DNA of 64,000 nt. Origin: Dehalococcoidia bacterium (GTDB lineage Bacteria; Chloroflexota; Dehalococcoidia; Dehalococcoidales; UBA3254). The stretch is taken from NCBI GenBank assembly GCA_025361145.1, contig JANYAV010000012.1, positions 14,830-78,829 on the forward strand, given 5' to 3'. Under the pieces are notes generated by a model. It made no database searches. It was not told the origin of the DNA and saw only the letters and a list, made by a program, of their open reading frames with translations. Numbering within the stretch: position 1 is the stretch's first letter; the number at the start of each line of letters is the position of its first letter. This document shows, piece by piece, positions 58,878-64,000 of this stretch. The translations under genes and the position numbers were made by a program.

Positions 58878-59990
58878 TTATTCTTCAGTTCCGATAACGT
58901 AAGAGACGTAACGCCAGACCTTGATATAATCCAGGTAAGCCTTGGGCAGGCTGGTAGTGGTGTTAAAGAAAAAGTTCTGATTGGTAGGAGTAATGGCATT
59001 GGAAAAAGGAAAGGTCGAGGATCCCCCCGATGTTAACAGCTGGGCGTCATTCACAAATACTTCGTAGGTATCGGCGGTGGTATTGACGTTGGCGAATTGA
59101 ATATCATACAGATTGGTGGTTGAATAAGAATAAGCCGGTGAAAAACTGTTAATGGTCCCTGAGTTGGTAGTATAGTATTTAAGGTAGCTGTCGCTGTAGA
59201 AGCTAATTCTCGGACCCGCCGTGTTGTTAGCGCCGTTGGTGTTATTGGACAGCATCATATTGTAAACCAGATTGGTTTGCATAGGTTTGGATAGAAATTC
59301 TATATTGTAAGGCTGGGTCGGAAAAGCAAAGGCATAATTTCCGCCGTAGATATTATTATTGGTATAATCCTTATTGATGTACATGCTGTGGCTATTATGC
59401 TGCCCCGTGACGCTTGAATATTGTAACTGGCCTCTGGTTCCGCTGATTTCAGTCCATCCCGTTGGCACACTCTGGTTTTGATTGGGGTTACTGGTCCAGC
59501 TGGTCTCAAAGTCCTGATAATTCAGGAATAGAGATGACACGCTGCTTTCACTACCGGTGGTAGCGGCCGAAGTATTGCCGTAATACATATATATGATGGT
59601 TGGTGTTCCGCTGGCTTCGATAATAGGGACATTCACCCAGATTATAGCGCTGGTGGAAGCAGTGTAGGATTCTATCCAGTATGTCAGAGCTGTTGTCCCG
59701 TTTGAGCTGGTAAAACGGACGTCTGAGAAATCTGTATTCATATGGTCTGTCACGAAAGGGACATTCCTTAGTTTAAGGGGATAGGCGCTGGTTATAGCTG
59801 TTGCAGGATTGGTAATGACTATTTGTTTCCGCCATTTCCAATGCACGTCAAACCAGTCCGTACGGACGGTGACCACATTACCGGATACCTTCTCGGTATC
59901 GCTGAAATAGGCCACCGATTTACCTATCAGACCGCCGACCAGCATGACCAATACTATAATACTAAAGATGATCCAGTATTTTTTATTCAT
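58878..59990 (-). CDS. DUF2341/LamG(ConA)-like secreted protein carrying a SipW-cognate-type signal peptide
   Basis: - 370 aa with signal ...GKSVAYFSDTEKVSGNVVTV.
- DUF2341-like core: WKWRKQIVITN...DFSDVRFTS..GT.LTYWIE...IWVNVP...IYMYYGN.
- Asn/Thr/Tyr-rich second jelly-roll-like half.
- 4-nt overlap with the upstream peptidase gene. Confidence 0.65.
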   Translation of the reverse strand: MNKKYWIIFSIIVLVMLVGGLIGKSVAYFSDTEKVSGNVVTVRTDWFDVHWKWRKQIVITNPATAITSAYPLKLRNVPFVTDHMNTDFSDVRFTSSNGTTALTYWIESYTASTSAIIWVNVPIIEASGTPTIIYMYYGNTSAATTGSESSVSSLFLNYQDFETSWTSNPNQNQSVPTGWTEISGTRGQLQYSSVTGQHNSHSMYINKDYTNNNIYGGNYAFAFPTQPYNIEFLSKPMQTNLVYNMMLSNNTNGANNTAGPRISFYSDSYLKYYTTNSGTINSFSPAYSYSTTNLYDIQFANVNTTADTYEVFVNDAQLLTSGGSSTFPFSNAITPTNQNFFFNTTTSLPKAYLDYIKVWRYVSYVIGTEE

Positions 59991-60514
59991 AATTTGGCCT
60001 CTTTGACCTTTTTATCGGCAGCCAGCCGGGATATTTCTGAACGCAGATTTCTGACGCAGAGGTAGATGATATACAGGGTAGGGACCACCAGACCGGCTAT
60101 CAGACCCACTTCGGTTTTTAAAAAAGAGATAAAATAACCCACATAATCAGCATGAAAGCTTACTTTGCCAACCACATTGGCCGCTGGAATAGCCATCTCA
60201 TCAGTTTGAGAGACTGCGTCTCCCCGGGTTACAAAGCTTAACTGCTTTGCCTGATTTATCTTCACGATGCGGTGGCAGACATTATACTGGCTTTCGAAAG
60301 GCGGCTTGAAAATAATAATATCGCCGACTCTCAGGTCGGCTGGATTCACTCTGTTGGCCACTACCATGGTGCCTACGTGCAGCGTAGGCGTCATGCTCCC
60401 CGAACCGACGTTGTTGATAGACAGTCCCAGGCGGGGGGAAATGTAAACCAGCGAGGAGACCAGGACCAGGAAGAGCACTATTATTAATAAAAGCGTATCC
60501 CAAAGTTTGTTCAC
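59987..60514 (-). CDS. sipW: Signal peptidase I, archaeal/ER (S26B, SipW/Sec11) type, copy 2
   Basis: 175 aa with N- and C-terminal TM helices. GSGSMTPTL (Ser) and VCHRIV (His) motifs and a RGDAVSQTD box. It lacks the Lys/GDNxxxSxDSR motifs of bacterial LepB. Confidence 0.8.
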   Translation of the reverse strand: MNKLWDTLLLIIVLFLVLVSSLVYISPRLGLSINNVGSGSMTPTLHVGTMVVANRVNPADLRVGDIIIFKPPFESQYNVCHRIVKINQAKQLSFVTRGDAVSQTDEMAIPAANVVGKVSFHADYVGYFISFLKTEVGLIAGLVVPTLYIIYLCVRNLRSEISRLAADKKVKEAKL

Positions 60515-60540
60515 TCTGCTTTCTTTATTATCCTTATATC

Positions 60541-61242
60541 CTACTGCTGGTGAATTGTATAATATAAGTCGATAGAAAGTCCATTGCCCATGAAGGTACC
60601 CGCCAGACTGGCCGGCACCGGGTCAATAAGGCTAAGCTGCATCGTCATCTTGATTATTCCCGTGGCGGGGTTGGTAGAATCTGTGGCGGTCAAAGGGCCA
60701 ATTTTGGTTGCTTCCCATTCGCCGTTTCCGGCTATACCGGTTGTATTGGTGTCATGGGTCAGGTCATATAAATCATAATAGCCTTTTGAACCGTGATCTG
60801 TCAGATAGATGGTGGGATCCAGATTGCCGTCTGTAGTCGTGTTTAATAAATTGACGTTTCTGCCGTAGTTTAGTTGAACCAGTTTGAATAACTTCAAGGT
60901 ATCATCCAGGCTGCCGTTAGTGCCGGTATTGCCGGTGCCGCTGATACTGAAAGCAAAATCTATCTTGGTGGCAGCTACTGTGCCTTCGTCTCTGACCCAC
61001 ATTTGGGCGATTGGTGAGGCATAGCCGGCTTTAAAATTAGCGTCTGTAAACCAGCTGGAAAAACCGTCATATTGAACGTACCCGCTTCCCGGATTGATGA
61101 CTGTCTTCAGGTCCATCCTGCCCGCCGTCACCAGGTTATCTGCGGACCGTTCACTATCTTGCAAATACGCCCAGATACCCCCGGCGGTCAGGCTGAGAAT
61201 AATTACAAAAGCTAGAGTTAATCCCACTATTTTCTTAATCAT
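60541..61242 (-). CDS. TasA/camelysin-like (peptidase M73-fold) secreted protein with SipW-cognate signal, paralogue 3
   Basis: 233 aa. MIKKIVGLTLAFVIILSLTAGGIWAYLQDSERSADNLVTAGRMDL. Terminal strand GLSIDLYYTIHQQ. Confidence 0.7.
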   Translation of the reverse strand: MIKKIVGLTLAFVIILSLTAGGIWAYLQDSERSADNLVTAGRMDLKTVINPGSGYVQYDGFSSWFTDANFKAGYASPIAQMWVRDEGTVAATKIDFAFSISGTGNTGTNGSLDDTLKLFKLVQLNYGRNVNLLNTTTDGNLDPTIYLTDHGSKGYYDLYDLTHDTNTTGIAGNGEWEATKIGPLTATDSTNPATGIIKMTMQLSLIDPVPASLAGTFMGNGLSIDLYYTIHQQ

Positions 61243-61261
61243 TTCTTTAGCTTCGAGTTTC

Positions 61262-61320
61262 GAGCTATGAGCTTCCAGTTACCAATTTGTTTCTTATTTG
61301 TAATTTCTTATCTGGTTTTC
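61262..61320 (-). repeat. A-rich oligo-repeat (sense = minus strand) upstream of paralogue 3
   Basis: The minus strand reads gaaaaccagataagaaattacaaataagaaacaaattgg. It has the same AAATAAG/ACAAATA unit family as 643-712 and 54543-54676, and again lies on the mRNA-sense strand. Confidence 0.55.
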
Positions 61321-61387
61321 TATCGAAAGGGTCTGATGTTTCTCATCCGGCCCTTTCGATAGGGGAGCAGGGCTTGCCCTGCTCCCC
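61320..61387 (-). terminator. Two tandem strong hairpins downstream of the 241-aa subunit gene (attenuator or mRNA-stabilising structure)
   Basis: Hairpin A has a 12-bp stem ctatcgaaaggg/ccctttcgatag (61320-61362). Hairpin B has an 11-bp GC-rich stem ggggagcaggg-cttg-ccctgctcccc (61362-61387). Confidence 0.6.
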
Positions 61388-61405
61388 CGGAATTACTAAG
61401 AGCTA

Positions 61406-62131
61406 TTATTCTCCAGCTTGAACTAGAGCGAAGGACAGATCGAAGGTAATGTCATCATCCTGGGCTTTGTTATCGGGATCAATAGTAAAGTGGCTGCCGG
61501 CATTCTTCGGGAAATAATAATCTACATAGAAGATACCAACACCGCTACCGCCAGCAACATTTCCAACTAATAGGGTGTCAGTTATCCCAGGAACCATAGA
61601 ATTGGCAGTTGCGTATGCACTATCAGGAGCAATACCACCATAAGTGACTGCTTCTCCGCCAGCATAAGCGAATTTAGCTCCCGCGCTGGTGATGTAATAA
61701 TCACCGGTGTTCCAGGTTCCTGAAGTATCGGCATCAACCCAGATCGCTAATTTCAACAAGCCACCCAGTTCTCCGTCAGTTCCGCTATTGGTTCCAGGAT
61801 CTCCGGCTTTATCTTCAACCCCACCGGAAGTCCAGGTATTTTCATGATTGACCAGGTTGAGTGTTTTAAAACGAAAATCACCGTTTATATTACCGCCGTT
61901 AGTGAGGGTCCAGTTACCGGCATGCCCTTTATCACCGGGTTTCATTTTAGTGGCTGAACCGATACTGATGGGGAGTAAGGCGTTAGCACCACCGACTGTG
62001 AGGCTAAGTTTCCCGGCCGTGATGGTGTTGCCGGTTGAGGTAACAACATCATTGAAGTAGGCCCAGGTGCCTGTGCCGAGCATCGCGATGACCGCGATCA
62101 GGGCCACTGTGAGTCCAATAATCTTTTTCAT
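61406..62131 (-). CDS. TasA/camelysin-like secreted protein with SipW-cognate signal, paralogue 2 (candidate major subunit)
   Basis: 241 aa. GTGTWAYFNDVVTSTGNTITAGKLSL compares with B. subtilis TasA GGGTWAAFNDIKSKDATFASGTLDL. It also has a KMKPGDKG strand and the terminal strand AQDDDITFDLSFALVQ. Confidence 0.75.
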   Translation of the reverse strand: MKKIIGLTVALIAVIAMLGTGTWAYFNDVVTSTGNTITAGKLSLTVGGANALLPISIGSATKMKPGDKGHAGNWTLTNGGNINGDFRFKTLNLVNHENTWTSGGVEDKAGDPGTNSGTDGELGGLLKLAIWVDADTSGTWNTGDYYITSAGAKFAYAGGEAVTYGGIAPDSAYATANSMVPGITDTLLVGNVAGGSGVGIFYVDYYFPKNAGSHFTIDPDNKAQDDDITFDLSFALVQAGE

Positions 62132-62172
62132 CGTTTTCTCCTATTTTATTTTTCTTTTTTATATCTTATCAA

Positions 62173-62201
62173 GAGGCCGGCACTTGCCATGTCCCGGTCT
62201 C
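62173..62201 (-). terminator. Hairpin downstream of paralogue 1
   Basis: Stem gaggccgg/ccggtctc (7 of 8 bp) with a 13-nt loop. On the minus strand it is followed by an A-rich spacer and then the AGGAGAA SD sequence of the next gene. Confidence 0.4.
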
Positions 62202-62214
62202 GATTTGCCTTCTA

Positions 62215-62982
62215 TTAGTCCTGATGCAGAGAGTACAGGAAATCTGTGTATAATTTCAAGCCCTGCACCTTGTTATTAACGGTATGGGTGGTGTCATCGG
62301 GCAGGTAATAAGTGAAGTGCATGTAGATGGTGGAGTTGGCCGTCAAATAAGTAGTTCCGCCCGCTGAACCGTTGGGAATCGGTACGCTAGTCCAGGTAGT
62401 TTCACCGGTGGTATTGGGCCGGCTGGCATAGGTGGGTGAAGAAGCAGCACCGATATAACCCGTGGTGGTAGTGACCCAGGGAGCGAAGCGCCCGGTTAAA
62501 CTGGGAGAAGCGCCCAGATCGGTAGTGGTCCCGCCCGGATTTAACAGGATGCTGTAAGCGGGAGGAGTTGCCGAAGCGGTGGTGCTTAACCAGATCGCTA
62601 CTTTGGAGGCAGTTCCCAGGTCTCCTACGGTTACTACTGTGGTCCCGTCAGCAGCATGTAATTTACCGGTGGGAAAGCCCGCTGCATCCTGGCCGGCGTT
62701 AGTAATTTTAATATCCAGCTTCCCGGAGATGTTGGTGGCCCCATCATTTTTCAAGGAAATGGATTGATGGGCTGCTCCCGACCCGTTGGCGGCTGTGGGT
62801 ACGAAGGCTGAGTCAGTCAGGAAAGTATAGGGTGTGGTGCCGCCGATAGTCAGATCCAGCGTTCCGGCTGTCACATAGTTGTCTGCTGATTTTTCGGTAT
62901 CGGAGAAGTAAGCGAAGGATCCGACACCAGCTACGGCGATAATGATGATGGCCGCGATGGCTAAACCTAATATTTTCTTCAT
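62215..62982 (-). CDS. TasA/camelysin-like secreted protein with SipW-cognate signal, paralogue 1
   Basis: 255 aa. MKKILGLAIAAIIIIAVAGVGSFAYFSDTEKSADNYVTAGTLDLTIGG. Thr/Gly/Ser-rich. Terminal strand VQGLKLYTDFLYSLHQD. Confidence 0.72.
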   Translation of the reverse strand: MKKILGLAIAAIIIIAVAGVGSFAYFSDTEKSADNYVTAGTLDLTIGGTTPYTFLTDSAFVPTAANGSGAAHQSISLKNDGATNISGKLDIKITNAGQDAAGFPTGKLHAADGTTVVTVGDLGTASKVAIWLSTTASATPPAYSILLNPGGTTTDLGASPSLTGRFAPWVTTTTGYIGAASSPTYASRPNTTGETTWTSVPIPNGSAGGTTYLTANSTIYMHFTYYLPDDTTHTVNNKVQGLKLYTDFLYSLHQD

Positions 62983-63052
62983 TTAATGTTCCCCCTGTAT
63001 TGGAATTTATATAATGGTAAGCGGGTTTTCCCGCGAATACTCAAATTACCAT

Positions 63053-63832
63053 CTATGAAAGATCGGCTAAGATTTTTCTCATCTCGTTACGGATGTTATC
63101 ATTAACCTGTTTATTGCTAAAAACCTGGGCAGGCACTTCTTTTGCCGCTTTTGCGGCCTTGACTTCAGCAACCACAGGTTTAATCACTTCAGGCTGGGCT
63201 GCCTTTTTGACCGCTGGCGTAACCGGTTCAGGACTAACCGGTTTGGACTGGCGCTTGTTCATCACGCCACTGTCAGCCCCCACGGCTACAGTTTGCATAA
63301 CCGGGCTAATACCAGCGGCGCTTTTCTTTTTATCATCTTTAAAGGCTTCTTTAAGAATATCTTTGATCAGGAACCCGACCAGGATCAGAGTAGGAATGAT
63401 CACGATTAAAAACCAGCCTTTCTTGGAGTTGGTCAGGTTCGTAATCCAGCCGATGGCCGGAACCTTGAAAAGATAGGACCCCTGAACGGATGAGATTGCG
63501 GTGGTGCCTGAATCAGCACTTTTATTGGCGTCACCTTTGGTGGTGATCTGTCCGTTTTCTATGCTAACGGCACGGTGAGTGACTATTTTGCCTTGATTGT
63601 CGAAGGTAATAATCTCCCCGGGTTGAATCTCATGCACGGGACCGGTGATGATGATATCTCCGGCGCTGATGCCGGGTTTCATACTGTCACTTCGTACGAT
63701 ATACATACCATAACCGGGCACCAGTTTTACAAAAGCTACGCCCAGTATAGCCAGGCCGATAATTACCGTTATAGTCCAGGACACTATCTGGCCGATCTTC
63801 TTGGTTCTTATTCGTTTAGAGGCTGCGAACAT
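63053..63832 (-). CDS. sipW: Signal peptidase I, archaeal/ER (S26B, SipW/Sec11) type, copy 1, with a Lys/Ala/Pro/Val-rich C-terminal extension
   Basis: 259 aa. N-terminal TM helix, SDSMKPGI (Ser), VTHRAV (His), a KGDANKSADS box, and a second TM helix. The tail is about 90 aa (PVSPEPVTPAVKKAAQPEVIKPVVAEVKAAKAAKE). Confidence 0.78.
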   Translation of the reverse strand: MFAASKRIRTKKIGQIVSWTITVIIGLAILGVAFVKLVPGYGMYIVRSDSMKPGISAGDIIITGPVHEIQPGEIITFDNQGKIVTHRAVSIENGQITTKGDANKSADSGTTAISSVQGSYLFKVPAIGWITNLTNSKKGWFLIVIIPTLILVGFLIKDILKEAFKDDKKKSAAGISPVMQTVAVGADSGVMNKRQSKPVSPEPVTPAVKKAAQPEVIKPVVAEVKAAKAAKEVPAQVFSNKQVNDNIRNEMRKILADLS

Positions 63833-63882
63833 CTTAACTTTCCTCTTGCAAATTACTTTTCTACCTATTGATTACATATAAA

Positions 63883-63970
63883 ATTATAGGCTTTGCAGGT
63901 AACAAACGGATTAAGGAACGCCCTGAATTGGTTACAATGGGTTACAATTTGGGTTACAGCGGGTTACAAT
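63883..63970 (-). promoter_or_regulatory. Putative fibre-operon control region: a consensus -10 plus four phased direct repeats
   Basis: A minus-strand TATAAT lies at 63883-63888, 51 nt upstream of the ATG, with no good -35. GGTTACA(A/G)(T/C) units start at 63930, 63940, 63952 and 63962, giving 10-12 bp spacing. Confidence 0.5.
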
Positions 63971-64000
63971 GTGGTAAAAAAGAGGTAAAAATAACGAAAA

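Overview
The window is mostly a bacterial housekeeping region with short intergenic spacers and about 47% GC by eye. My taxonomic guess is a Chloroflexota/Dehalococcoidia-like organism, but I cannot verify this without a search. Recognisable genes include:
- central metabolism and synthesis: pgk (partial), pyk, tyrS, an aminotransferase, bfr, ilvC, pyrG, a four-subunit 2-oxoacid:ferredoxin oxidoreductase, acpP, dxr, gpmA and an Fe-ADH
- translation and RNA: rlmB, tRNA-Ala(GGC), cyclophilin, epmA-efp, rho and ychF
- replication and repair: pcrA, holA, holB and mazG
- stress and membrane: an NfeD/SPFH pair, a dnaJ-hspR-clpC-like operon, mscL, rseP and marR plus a DHA2 efflux pump

One long minus-strand block reads phoB-phoR / arsR-arsC-acr3-arsM / pstSCAB-phoU, so an arsenic operon sits inside the Pho locus.

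The most unusual region is 57254-63970 on the minus strand. It is a seven-gene operon encoding two archaeal/ER-type (SipW-like) signal peptidases and three paralogous TasA/camelysin-like proteins that carry SipW-cognate signal peptides. It also encodes a DUF2341/LamG-like protein with the same signal, and a large membrane-anchored protein with an N-terminal TasA-like domain. Four helically phased GGTTACAAT direct repeats lie upstream. I interpret this as a TasA/archaeal-bundling-pilus-like extracellular fibre system.

Other observations:
- strand-specific A-rich intercistronic repeat elements
- a GIY-YIG gene flanked by 36-bp direct repeats
- operator-like palindromes
- a Pho-box array
- genes whose conserved N-termini lie upstream of any canonical start codon

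All function calls rest on motif recognition by eye. No database search was run.
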